Shown here: positions 1-11,800 of the stretch, one piece after another
How positions within the stretch are numbered: position 1 is the stretch's first letter
How the letters are laid out: every line of letters starts with the position of its first letter
Assembly: GCA_031835245.2 (NCBI GenBank)
Contig: JAVKOQ020000029.1
Coordinates: 186,001-250,000 of the forward strand
DNA from: Balamuthia mandrillaris
Taxonomy: Eukaryota
DNA length: 64,000 bases
Direction: 5' to 3'
Notes under the pieces: generated by a model
The model's input: the letters and a program-made list of their open reading frames with translations, nothing else
Database searches by the model: none
What the model was told of the DNA's origin: nothing
Translations under genes and position numbers: made by a program

Positions 1-1042
1 TCACTGGCTTGCATTTGGATGTTGGTGCTCAGTGGTTTTAGCTTGCACACAAAGTACAAGTCGGACCTGTTATGAGATTGTCAGACATGAAAGAGGGTGT
101 GGAGAGAGAGAGAGGGAGAGAGAGAGAGACCTTCCAAAGGAAGCGGTGACATTCTGCCTAAAGCAAAGTATGGATTGAAACTCCTATGAGAGAGAAGGTA
201 AGAGTTTGCAACGGAGAGAGAGAGAGAGAGAGAGGAGAGAGATAAGAACCGTATCAATGCCAGTCTCTTCTTTAACCTCTCTGATGGCAGCTTGCCACAA
301 CTCCTCTCCGGCCTCCACCATTCCACCTGGAAACTGTTGTTGTAGTTGATCAGGAACACGAATAGAAGAGAGAGAGAGAGAGAAGCAGAGAGAGAGAGAG
401 AGCAGAAAGAGCGAGAAGACAGAGACAGAGACAGAGACAGAGACAGAGACAGAGACAGAGACAGAGACAGACAGAGACGAGACAGAGACAGAGAGAGAGA
501 AGCAGAAAGAAGCAGACCTTCCAAAAGCCAGTGATAGGTCCGTTCTTCTCTTTGATGACAAGGACTTCATTGCGCTCGTTAACAACAAAGCCACCCACGC
601 CCACGTAGTGCGAACAAAAATCAGGCAGCGTGTTGGGTTGCCCCTCCGGCAGCCACTTTGTCATCATCACATAGTCTTTGCCGGTGTGATGGAAGGCAAA
701 GTCAAACTTGTTTTGTTTTTTCAGTCATCAAAGAAAGCGAGAAGAAGAGAAGAGAGAACAATGAAAGCAGAGGAATAGGGATCAGAAAAAAAGAGGGAGA
801 TAAAGCAGAAAGAAGAAGGCAAAGAGAGGAGAAAAGAACACCTCGGCGGCGATGCTGATGAGGTGGGACTTGGCGATGGGGATCCTCAGCCAGACGCCTC
901 GTCGCCCTTGCCGCTTCCACTCCGCCAAAGCGCGCTCCAACAGCTCGCCAAAGAGAAGCAGGTCGGAGGGCAAGCTCTGCTCCTGCACCAACACGCCGTT
1001 GTAGGCGTCCACCTTCCCCTCCAGCTGCTGCCGCTGCGCCAT
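1..1042 (-). CDS. Nudix hydrolase, NUDT6/plant NUDX2-8-like (multi-exon; 3' end runs off the window)
   Basis: Spliced peptides: MAQRQQLEGKVDAYNGVLV...WKRQGRRGVWLRIPI; MMTKWLPEGQPNTLPDFCSHYVGVGGFVVNERNEVLVIKEK; Nudix box FPGGMVEAGEELWQAAIREVKEETG; DLYFVCKLKPLS. GT-AG introns. Confidence 0.9.
416..499. repeat. (AGAGAC)n hexamer microsatellite in a Nudix intron
   Basis: Tandem agagac units flanked by (AG)n. Confidence 0.95.
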
Positions 1043-1264
1043 TCTTTGCTTGAGAGACTTTTTGATGATCTCAACGATCAATATTTCTGAATTTTTATTG
1101 GCAGATTGTTCCTATCTCTTCTCCTCCATTGCTTATCTCTTCTCCTCTCTCATCTCTCGAAGACTTGCGTGCTGCTTGTTTTGTATTGTTATTTTGTGGG
1201 GTTGGCATCACATGCAACGCTAGCGTTCTTCTTGTTTAAACAATGTCACAACACTCTTTCTCTT

Positions 1265-1302
<38 letters not shown>

Positions 1303-1325
1303 GTTTTTTTGTTTGTTTTTGCTTT

Positions 1326-3480
1326 TTACTTGCTTCCCTTCACACTCTTCACGGCCGCATCCAGAGCATCCAAGAACTGGGCAGCGTGTTTCGGCTGGAA
1401 GATCAGCTGCGGGCGAACGCGAATGCTCTTATCGCCACAGGCGCCAGACTCCACGCCCTTGACTCGAAGGGTGTCAACTAGCTTATCCCTGTCTCCCACG
1501 GTTGAGCAGTCAAAGGCGCAGAAGGTGCCCACGCCGCGCACTCTAGACACCATGTCGGGATATTTGTCTTGAATCTCTTTAAGGCCGCTTTGGAGGAACT
1601 CTCCAGTGATGCGAGTGTTTTCAAGCAGCTGCTTCTCCTCAATCTCCTTGATGATGACTTCAAGCTGCAAAGCGCGCACTGGATCGCCCAACCATGTGTT
1701 GAAGTTACGGTAGGCCTTTTTAGTTTTTGTTGTTTCATGTTAGGAACAAGGATTGAAAAACAAGGATCGAGCCAAAAAGAAAGAAAGCAAAGAAACAAAA
1801 AGCATACCTGAGGAGGGCGGTTACGGAGGGAGTGATAGAAGCCAGCAGCTTGCATTTTCTTGGAGAAGGTCACAAAGTCGGGAGGAGTAGTCAGTCCCCA
1901 GTGTTCATGTGCCCAAAACTTGCCAGTTGCTCCCACTCCCGTTTGTACCTTGTGGAATTAGGAAATTAAGCAAGTTAATAGAGTTGAGAGAGATAGGGCC
2001 AGGGAAATAAATAAAGAGAAAATACAAACTTCGTCTACGATGAGCGCAACGTTGTGTTTCTTGGTAATTTCGCGAAGCCCTCTGAAGAAAGCGGGAGATG
2101 CCCAGTTGTCTCCTCCTTCGGCTTGAATGGGCTCCACGATCAAACCAGCTACGGGCACGTGATATTCTTGGATGATTTTCTCCACCTTTAATTGTGTGAA
2201 ATTTTAAGTTTTGGTTTTAAGAATGTATGACAGACAAAAGGATATAGAAAGTACCTCCTTCAGGCAACGCTCTTCTTCTTTCTTGTTTTCCTCTTGGAAC
2301 TTCTCGAGCGGATACTGAAGCTTGGGGAAGGGTGCCTTTGGCCAGTCAAAAGCAGGAATGTCCACCTTGTGGATGGCTTTGGAGCATGTTGTGGAGAGAG
2401 AGCCAAAGAGACGGCCATGGAAAGCTCCTATTTGTGTCACATGATATGGAGGAAGGACACAAGTGAGCAAAAAAAAAGCAAAGAAAGAAAGGAAAGAAAA
2501 AATAGCTGAAGCAGCAAAAAAGAATGTTAACAAGACGCACCTTGAAAACTCAAAATACTAAGATGAGGCGAACCAGGCGGTTTGTTCTGCATTGAACTTG
2601 CCAGCTCTTCATCCGTGAATGACTCTCCTCCCCTCGCCTGATGCTGATGTGCCATAAAGACAGCCTTGAAGGCGCACTCATTGGCGCAGGAACCGCACAT
2701 GGCCGTGAAAACCTGGTCCAATCCCTTAGGGGCCACCCTCATGAAGGAGCTCTGCAACAACTCCGGCCAGTCGCCTGGCGGCATAACACCCAAGGCCGGC
2801 CTATTGACCAGCATGCGCGTCCATCTCTCGTCTGAGCGGGCGGCTTCCCATAGGGCAGGGTTGTTGTAGCCCACCGCTAGGGAGGCGATCTGGGAAAAGA
2901 CGTCGAGGAGGACGTTGCCGTCGGCATCCACCACGTAGTTGCCCTTGGATTTGGTGTAGTCCGCAAAGAAGTGAGATGCTCTTGGGTCCTGTTTTTGTTT
3001 TATATTTTTAGATGAAGGAAAAAAAGAAAGGGAGGAGAGAGAGAGAGAGAGAGAGAAAGGAGGAAGAAACAGACAAGGAAGGAAAAAAAGAAAAGAAAGG
3101 GAGGGGAGAGAAGAGAAATGAAAGAAATGAAAAGAGAGAAGGAAAAAGAAGGAAGGAGGAGGCAAAGAAAGAAGGATGAGAAAATAGCAAAGGATGTGAA
3201 AAGAACACAAAACCTGCAATTTGTTGAGGGAGGCACGAATGGAGTTGGAGACGGGACCAGGGATGGTCTCCGTGTGGACAGAGGGTCCCTCTGGCTCATC
3301 AGGGAAGGGCGGGGAGGGTGTGGCTGGCAGGCTTCTGGTGGTGGCGGTGGCATAGCTATAGGCGGTGTTTTTGAGCACGGAAGAGCGCAGAGAGGACGAA
3401 GCAGAAGAAGAGGTGGTGGTCAGCAGAAGGGAGCGAGCTTGTGGTCTACATACGCTGCCGACTACAGTGGAGGACATCAT
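1326..3480 (-). CDS. ABAT: 4-aminobutyrate (GABA) aminotransferase, mitochondrial, class III PLP enzyme
   Basis: S/T/R-rich presequence; [95 protein letters not shown] (PLP Lys); WMGDP. Confidence 0.96.
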
Positions 3481-4045
3481 CTTTTTTTGCGTTTTTATAG
3501 AACTGCAAAAAATAAAGCAAGAAAAAACAAAATAAAAAGAAGAGCGGTTTACGTTTAAGCAAAGCTACAAAAGTACAAACGCAGGGAAAGGGGGAGGGAA
3601 AGGGGAAGGCTTGGACCTACCACCAATAACAAGTTCGAATAGAGCAACAACCCAGAAGAAGGAAAAGCCAATTTGTGTTTTTTTTTTCTTTCTTTCTTTT
3701 TCGGTGTTTTTTCTTCGTGTAGGCCTTGCTTCGTGTCGTCGCGAGTAATTCGCCTTAATTGTTACCTTTTTCGTTTTGAATTTTAGGTGGGCGTTTTTGG
3801 TAACGCGAACAAACAAAGTGCAGGAAAGAATGAGAGAAGGAAAGAAAGGCGCCTCCGTAGTGCTGCTAGTGAGGAGATTCCGGTTACCAGCCACTTGAAG
3901 AAGAAGAAGAACAAGAACAAGAATCAAGAAGAAGAACAAGAAGAACAAGAAAACGGGCATAGGAGGTCAAGAATTTAAATCACAAAAGAATGGAAAAAAA
4001 CCAAAGGGAGGAGAATTAAAAAAAAAAAGAATGGCGAGGTGGATT

Positions 4046-4876
4046 CTATGCCTCTTCCAGCTCCACCAAAACGCCGTTCATGTCCTTGGGATGCACAAAC
4101 ACAACGGGCTTGCCATGAGCTCCAATCTTGGGCTTAGGATCGATAACCTTGATGCCCTTGCTCTGCAAGGTCTTGAGGGCCGTGTCGATGTTATCCACCT
4201 CCAAGCAAATGTGGTGGATGCCTCCGCTGGGCTTCTTGGAGAGAAAGTTTGCGATGGGGCTTTGCTCCCCCAAAGGATGGAGCAGTTCGATCTTGGTGTT
4301 GCCGAGCTCCACAAATACTGTGGTCACTCCATGCTCCACTTGATCCTTTTTTGTTGTGTTGTGTTGTGTTGTGTTGTGTAAAGCGGATTAACAGCCTATA
4401 AGAAAACGGATTAAACAAAGAGGGTTGGAATGAAGTGTACCACAGGGGAGCTGACTTTAGCACCGAGGATGTCTCGGTAGAGGCTGGAGGACTGCTTAAG
4501 GTCGGGCACGGCAATAGCCACGTGGTTCAGTCGGCCAATCTTCAAAGCGTTCGCAGCCTTAGTATGACAGCAAGAGAGAGAGAGTAGGTGAGAAATCGAG
4601 GACTATAGCTACACAAAAAAAAAAATAAATAATAATCACAAGTGTAGCACTACCTCAGTAGCAACAGATGAAAGCATCCTTTGTCTTTGGTGAAGCGCAG
4701 TGACACATTTCTATGAAACAAAAAATGCGGGGTCAGGTTTTAACGTTGAGCTCCCCCACGTTCAATCAACAATGAAAAAAGTGTTTCGTGTGTGACTTTA
4801 CCAAGTATGTGGTCGTGGAGGTCATCGGACGACGCGGGAGGCGTGCCATGGCCATCACTCCAACCGAACGTTTCAT
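4046..4876 (-). CDS. MCEE: Methylmalonyl-CoA epimerase (VOC fold); 5' exon boundaries uncertain
   Basis: IGRLNHVAIAVPDL; EHGVTTVFVELGNTKIELLHPLGEQSPIANFL; GGIHHICLEVDNI; PKIGAHGKPVVFVHPKDMNGVLVELEE. Confidence 0.93.
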
Positions 4877-5204
4877 TGTTTGTTGCAGTAGTGCGTGAAA
4901 AAAGGCGGGTTACACACAAAAACACGCGCTCCTTTTTTTTTTCGCAAACACACAACAAAACAACAACGACCGTAGTCTTCCTCCTCAGGTAATTCTCCTC
5001 TTTTTTTCCCCTTCCTCTGCGACTCCTTTATTCCACTTTTCGTTGTCGACGTGGAATTTTCCGTCGACAGTTTTCTTGTCGACATATGGTTTTATTATTA
5101 TTTCTTCGAGGGTTCGCCTAAGCAAAAAAATGAGAATTACAGTCGAAAAAAGGTAAAACAGAAAGGAAAAAAAAAATCAAAAAAGAGTAGTGAGAAAGAA
5201 AGGT

Positions 5205-6238
5205 ATGGAGGGAATGGAAGAGACACAGAAGAAGGAGGAAGCCCCGTTGATCCAGAACTATTGGAACGGACGCTGGACGACGGAGCCCATCACCGTCCCG
5301 GCCAACGACCTCGCCGTGATGCGTGGCTACGGCGCCTTTGACTTCCTCTGCACCTTCAATGGCAAGCCCTTCCTCATGGAGGAGCACTTGCAGCGCTTTG
5401 AGAACACTGCCAGGCTGATGAAGATCCCTTTTACACGCTCCGTGGAGGAGCTGAAAGAGCTGGTCCATGAGGGCATTCGACGGAACTCTCACATGAAGGA
5501 GTTTTACATCAAAGTGGTGCTGACGGGCGGCATCTCGCCTGACAGCAAGGCCACTACACTTGGCACGCCCTCCTTCTTCATGGTCTTCCTGAAGCCCAGC
5601 CCAACGTCACAACACTTTTACAAAGAGGGTCTCAAGATCATCTCGTACTCTCACGAGAGGTTCCTTCCTAATGCCAAGAGCTTATGTACGTTCTTCACTC
5701 ACTCGCTTATCTCTTGTTTTCTCGTTCGTGTTCTATTCTCTCCATTCGTTTTCTTCTTCTTCTTCTTCTTCTTCTTCTTCTTCTTCTTCTGCTTTTTGTT
5801 TTCATGTTGTGGTAGCATTGAGTAACAAACAAAAAAAAAGCGTACATGCCAGGAATGATCGCTCTTCAACAAGCTGCAGAGAAGGCAGCAGACGAGGTGG
5901 TCTTCCTCGATCGAGAGGGTAACTTCCTGGAGGGTCCCACCTGGAGCTTCTTCCTGGTGGTGGACGGCACCATCGTAGAGGCTCCCGAGGACAGAGTTTT
6001 GCCCGGCATCACAGCCATGTTCGTGCGCGAGGCGGCCAACGAACTCCAAATCCCGTATGAGCGACGCACCTTCAACATCAAGGACGTGGGACGGGCAAAC
6101 GAGGCCTTCGCTACCAGCACCACGAGAGGGGTAATGCCGATTACCTCGTTGGATGGGGAGAAGATTGGTGATGGCGCGGTGGGACCGGTCACCAGCGCAC
6201 TCATGCAGGCATTTGAGAAGCGGACCCAACAACATTGA
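5205..6238 (+). CDS. Class IV PLP aminotransferase (BCAT/D-amino-acid aminotransferase/ADC lyase family), one intron at about 5686-5840
   Basis: DLAVMRGYGAFDF; EEHLQRF; PNAKSL|SY (PLP Lys); EGPTWSFF; LPGIT; EAFATSTTRGVMPI; GPVT. Confidence 0.9.
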
Positions 6239-6508
6239 GACATTGTTCTTCCTCGAACCCCTGAGCAAAACCCGGAGGAGACAGCAATGACAAACGAAAA
6301 CCTTGGCAGCAAATCGGTGCATAACTCGATGAAAAGCAGAAGAAAACGGATTGTTTGATTTTCGATTGGGTTTCGTTATTTCACCAAAAACAAAATCGCC
6401 TAAAGAATTTAAGGTGGAGTAAAAACAAAGAAAGAAAGAAATAAAAACGAATAAAAAGAAAAAGAGAGAGCAGAACTTTACCACTATAGCACACAAACTT
6501 AGCACACA

Positions 6509-7046
6509 ATGGAGGACCAAGCGAGCAGTAGGAAAGAACAGCTGAAGCAACAGAAAAGGGACCAGAGAAAGAAACAAAGGGAACAACAGAAAGAACAACA
6601 CGAGTTCCTCCAATTCGAAGATGAGAAGAAGCAGCAGAGGGAGAAGAAACGGCAGCAAGTGAAAGAAGAGAACGAGAAGAAGCAACAAGAGCGTCAGAAA
6701 GAGAAGAAGGGCAAGGCAGCCGAAGAGGGAGGCGTCCCCAAGAAACGTTCCAAGCCAGAAGCAGGTGAAAATAGTTGTTGTTCTTTTTTAACCCCCTTTT
6801 TTTTCTCCTCTAATCACTGAAGAAAAAAAAACAGCCAAAAACCCAGTCAAGTGCTACCTGAGTGCTGACCCTTCCCACACGCTTGAGCTTTGGAAGACGC
6901 TGTCCCCAGAGGACAAAGAGCACTGGAAGGAGGAAGCCCAAAAGGACAAGGCACGCTACACCAAAGAAATGGAAGAGTGGAACGCCGCCCAGAGCACTCT
7001 GGGAGAAAAGACCAAAGGCAAGAAAGAACGCAGAAAAGGAGCATAA
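6509..7046 (+). CDS. Small charged protein with a partial HMG box (two exons, intron about 6765-6834)
   Basis: Exon 2 reads KNPVKCYLSADPSHTLELWKTLSPEDKEHWKEEAQKDKARYTKEMEEW, which matches HMG helix 3; TAA at 7044-7046. Confidence 0.7.
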
Positions 7047-7135
7047 GGAAAGCTTCTTCTTCTTCTCCTTGCACAAACAAAGAAAATATAGACTGTAAAA
7101 AGAAGACAGTTTTTTTTTTTGTAAAGGCTTTTTTT

Positions 7136-8323
7136 TTACTGTTGTTGAAGCATTCGTTGTTTTCGCAACTGTTCAACCCTTCTCTTCTTTTCTTCACGCA
7201 CTTGAGCCTCACGTGCTTCCCTCTCCATGTCCTGCATTTGTTGAACCAGTTCCTCATACCTCTCGATGGGGTCAAAGGGATAGACGCCGTGGTCCAGCCT
7301 GATCTTCTCACCATCGTTAAAGTCGACCTCCAGCTGCCATACCTCCCACCGCTTCTTGGGCCTGTTGATCAACCAATGCTCCTCCGGTTTGACCTCCTCC
7401 ATGGTACGTCTCAGCCTCTTGGCTTCCTCCTCCTCCAGCATCTTTCTTCGCTTGGCAAGCTCTTCCTTCAGCTGAGGTGTGACGACCTCGCCCTTTTGCT
7501 CCTTTTGCCGCAGGAAGAGCTGCTCCTTGCGTTGCAGCTGCCTGGACCTCTTGGTCAGCTCCTCCCTAAACTTCTTTTCCTGCTTGAGCTTCTTCAGCCG
7601 CTCCTCTCGCTCGCGCTCTTCGGGGCTCAGCTCGGACTTTCTTTCACAAAAGTCCAGGGTCACGGTGGCCACCCTGTTGTTGCGACCGATGAGAGGGTAG
7701 CTAATCCATCCCCAGTCCTTGTTGACATCGGACTTGACGCGAGCCATGTCCACCGTGGTGGGTCCCATGTGCTTCAGCACCTCCGGATTGTCCAAAACCT
7801 TCCTCAGGGTCTCTTGGAAGACAGACCCCAGCACGTGCTCCATTTCCACCAGCTGGGTCACGTCCCCTTCTGTGGAGGCCTTCCACTCGCTCAGCTTTTG
7901 GTAGCCCAGATAGACAGAGACGGCAATAATGGAGACGAAGACGAACATTTCAAACAAGCCGGCAACGCGCACGCTTTCCAGCGGCTGCTCGTTGTCGTCT
8001 TCTTCGTCGTCTCCCTCTTGCTCTTTTTGCTTTTGTTTCTCTTTGTCTTCCACACCCCCACTCGTTTCTTTCTTTTGTGAGATGGGCGACTTTCCTTCTA
8101 GATTGTTATTTGTGGTGGTGGCGTGTTGCTTTCCTGTAGCTGCAGAAGAAGGCGGAGGAGAAAAGGGGGAGCTGCTTGTGGAAAGGCTTCTCCGTGAAAG
8201 TGAAAGGAGCGTCCACTGGGCTGTGCTAGAGGATGATCTAAAGGGAGAGAGAGTAGAAAATGGTGGCTCTACCGGCGATCTTGTCACTGAAGAAAGCGCG
8301 TTCCGTGGCACTACGAGAGGCAA
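7136..8323 (-). CDS. Intronless predicted mitochondrial membrane protein, possibly Tim21/Coa1-like, with a coiled-coil insert
   Basis: 395-aa ORF; S/R-rich presequence; one TM (LFEMFVFVSIIAVSVYLGY); then VLDNPEVLKHMG...ISYPLIGRNNRVATVTLDF...WEVWQLEVDF. Confidence 0.6.
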   Translation of the reverse strand: MPLVVPRNALSSVTRSPVEPPFSTLSPFRSSSSTAQWTLLSLSRRSLSTSSSPFSPPPSSAATGKQHATTTNNNLEGKSPISQKKETSGGVEDKEKQKQKEQEGDDEEDDNEQPLESVRVAGLFEMFVFVSIIAVSVYLGYQKLSEWKASTEGDVTQLVEMEHVLGSVFQETLRKVLDNPEVLKHMGPTTVDMARVKSDVNKDWGWISYPLIGRNNRVATVTLDFCERKSELSPEEREREERLKKLKQEKKFREELTKRSRQLQRKEQLFLRQKEQKGEVVTPQLKEELAKRRKMLEEEEAKRLRRTMEEVKPEEHWLINRPKKRWEVWQLEVDFNDGEKIRLDHGVYPFDPIERYEELVQQMQDMEREAREAQVREEKKRRVEQLRKQRMLQQQ

Positions 8324-8817
8324 GTCGCAAAGATCATATATTTTTTTTTTGATAAAAGTTTCAGAAAAAAAAGCATAAAAAAAAAAGGGTGTCTATCGGC
8401 CCACCTTGCCACAAGCGCAAACCACAGCGAGAAAACACGACGCTCTCCCATCGCGACAGGGTTGCTTTCTGCCCAAACTTTAACATCCCTCAAAGTGTAC
8501 TCTCCTCTTCTTCTTGTTGAATTCTCTTTTCTTTTCTTCGAACGCGCTTGAGGGCTCTTGAAAATTCCCCACAATGACGACACGAACGTTGCATTGATGA
8601 CATCAGCAAATCTCTGATTCACCCACCCTCAGGCAGATCTGCTCACGTCAGCAAGAAAGCGAAGAAGAAAAAGACAAAAAAAGAGAAGTCGAAAAAAAAA
8701 AAGAGAGCGACACGATTGTTTTCGTTGGTGGAATACCTGCTGCTTCGATCCTTCTTTTTTTTTTTGTGCCTTTGAAAACAAGCAAAGCAAACAGAGGGAA
8801 TCATCATCCGTTCCACC

Positions 8818-11800
8818 ATGGCTGGTTCGTTCTTTTCAAGAAACAAAAAAAATGAATTGGTGTTATCCCATCCTGCTCACTACTCTATTTTTTGGTTCTT
8901 CTTCTTTTTCCTCTGGTTTCACCAGGACTCACCCCTCCTCCTGGTTGGAAGCTCTATTTTGACGGCCACAACAGACCTATGTTTGTAAACCCGTTGACTG
9001 GACAGTCGACGCCAGCTGGTCCTCAACCACCAAGAACAGGCAGCCCTGCCTCTACCAATGGCAGTCCTTCCAGAACACCTCCTACTCAGGGTTTGCTCTA
9101 CTTTCTTTCTCATTCTCCTATTCTTGCTTCTGCCCTCTTTCTCTTCTCTATTGAGTTCTGATCGAAGACTTTTCTTTCTATTTCCTCTCCCAGTCATGTT
9201 GCCTCCCGGTTGGGAGGAAGCTCGCACCCCGCAAGGAAAAGTCTATTACATCGATCACAACACCAAACGCACGACTTGGGAGCCTCCTGCCCCTTATCTG
9301 CCCTCTTCTCCACCTTCTTCTTCTTCTTCTTCTTCCTCGTCCTCTTCTCCCACTTCTCCTTCCTCATCCACTTCTGTTTATTCCAATCGTCCGCCAGCAG
9401 CAATGACTTCATCACCCTCTATTCCTCTTCAACCTCCCTCTTCTGGGAGAGGAGGAGTGTCCATACCGGGCTCTGCGTTTGCTCCTCCTCCTTCCCAAGG
9501 AACATCCAACATCTCTCCTTATCTCTATACGTCATCGCCGCCCTCCAATTATAGTTCGTCGCTTCCGCCGGCGTCATCCACTTCCGTCTATCCTTCTTCT
9601 TCTTTTACAATGCAGCAGCCACCATCATCACAGCAGCAACAGCTACAAACAGAACCTTCCTTCTACCCACCCTCCACAAGGGAGGGAGGCGAAACAAGAA
9701 GTAGACGCGTCTCAGATGCCACCGCGCTTGCCCTCTCCAAGCCAACTTGGGACAGCGGTAAGGAGCGTCCCTCCTGTTCTCAATGCGGCGCCGAATTCTC
9801 CTTCTTCAAACGCAGGCACCACTGTCGCTGCTGCTTTCGACAGCTGTGCGACCCTTGTACCGCTCAAAAGCATAGGGTACCTCAGTTTGGCCACGAGGAT
9901 ACAGTGCGAGTTTGCGAACGTTGCCACGACCACCTCTCCAAAAGGGATTTCAGATGCATGCCTCGTCTTGTGCCCTATTTGAAGGATGGTGTGGACGTAC
10001 CAACCAAGACCCGCGCCATGTATGAGATTCTGGAGCTGACCAATAGGGACAAGCAGTATTGCAAGGATATTTTGGTGTTGGGATTGCTTCCTGCCCTGGT
10101 TGAAATGTTGGCTGATGCTGCGCCTGACATTCAGATCCTTGCTTGCAAGATTTTGACCAAGTTAGCAGAAGGTTTCTCTCTCTCATTCTCTGTCTTTTCT
10201 TCCCTTCTATCTAACCATATTTTATGGTTCTATGCACTTTTAGATTCTGAGTTGTACAAAGACTTGCTTGAACTGAATGTAATTCCAGCTGTCATTCCAT
10301 TGTTCTTCATGGAGAATCCAGAGGGCCGCTTGGAAGCTACTAAGCTTCTTGCCCATCTTGCCAGAAAAGGTCTCAATTATCACCTTTCTCTTTTCTTTTT
10401 TTTTTTTCCTAGTTAAGCTGTTCTAATTTTATTTTATTATTGTAGATGACCACAACAAGGCAGCCATTTGCGAGGCTGGAGCAATACTCCCGCTTGTACA
10501 TTGTTTGGAAGACCCATCAGAGCCCATGAGAGAGTGGTCATTGATGGCCATTCGTTTCCTTGGAAGCTGTACGTTTGATCTATGTCCTCTTGCTGGAGAC
10601 ATATTATTTACTTGAGATTTTATTTAAAGTGGAAAGCAACGTTTATGCATTGCTTGAAACGGATATTATTTCTCGCTTGGTGGATTTGTTGGTGCCTTCT
10701 TCTTCGTTTACTACCCTCGAATATGCGACCAGCACGCTCGAACTACTTTCTTCTTATGGTGAACATTTTTTTCATTTTGTTTTTGTTTTTGTTATTTTTC
10801 CTTTGTTGGTGTGCTTGCTATCCTGTTGTTTTATGTTCGGCATAATTGACTGTTTACTGTATTTGAAAAGAGAAAACAAGAGCGAGGATTTTAGATATCG
10901 GTGGCATATCTGCGTTGGTCGGGTTGCTTTCTGCTCATCCTTCTGTGCAAGCACATGCTTTACGGTCTCTTGTGAACTTTTCTCGCGATGGTTTCTTTCC
11001 TGCTTCCTTCCATCACCCCAAAAATATTGAGCTATTAACTTTGTCTTGTAACATTCCTTTTATTCAGAGAAAGGATGTGTTGCTATCATCGAGGCTAAGG
11101 GTGTTCAAGCTTTGACAGCGATTATCTCTTCTAGTGAGGATACTCCAAAAGAGCAGATCATGGACCTTTTGTTGAAGCTGTCTTCTATTTCAGGTAACTC
11201 AGTCTTGATTTTCCAAAATTTCCAACTGCTTTGCAAAAAATTGAATACATACACATAAAAGGTCACAAACAACGTGTTGTCGAAGAGTTGCTCGGTGGGT
11301 TAGCTTTATTCATTGGCTTAATATCCTCTTCCAACAGTTTTTTGAAGGAATTGGCGTTGGCCCTCATACTCATCATGGCAGATAATGGTACTGTACTCTC
11401 CTCCTAAAACTAACTTCAGCACATTCACTAAATTCTCTCTGTACCATCCAGAACAAGCCAAAGTTTTGTTTAATGAAGCAGAAGGTTTTACCAGGTTGAT
11501 GTCTTTGCTTGCAAGTGGCAACGACAGTCACAAACAGTGCTGCTTGGCAATCCTCAGCAAACTTGCCACAAATGGTATCTCTCCTTGTTTATTTCATTTT
11601 ATTTTATCGTTCTCACCGTTTTTTTTTTTTTTTGCAACAGAGGAAAACTCCATTGCAATCATTAACTCTGGAGTAATCAGGGACATTGTGGCTTTGCTAT
11701 CCTCCTCCAATCCTGGCATCCAACTGCAAGCAACTATGGTATTGAGCAGCCTCTCCCAAAGCGACTCCATCTCTGTTGGAGCCATTCCAGCGGTCATCTC

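Noticed and set aside
81..670. ORFs rich in SLSL, RERE, CLCL, poly-F or poly-K here and throughout (e.g. 25270-25829, 39647-40028, 49593-50012, 59260-59773)
   Set aside because: They are translations of intronic or intergenic microsatellites.
6890..8080. Long antisense ORFs (6890..8080 +, 5699..6688 -, 24493..25017 +)
   Set aside because: They are shadows of real genes on the opposite strand with no recognisable motifs.
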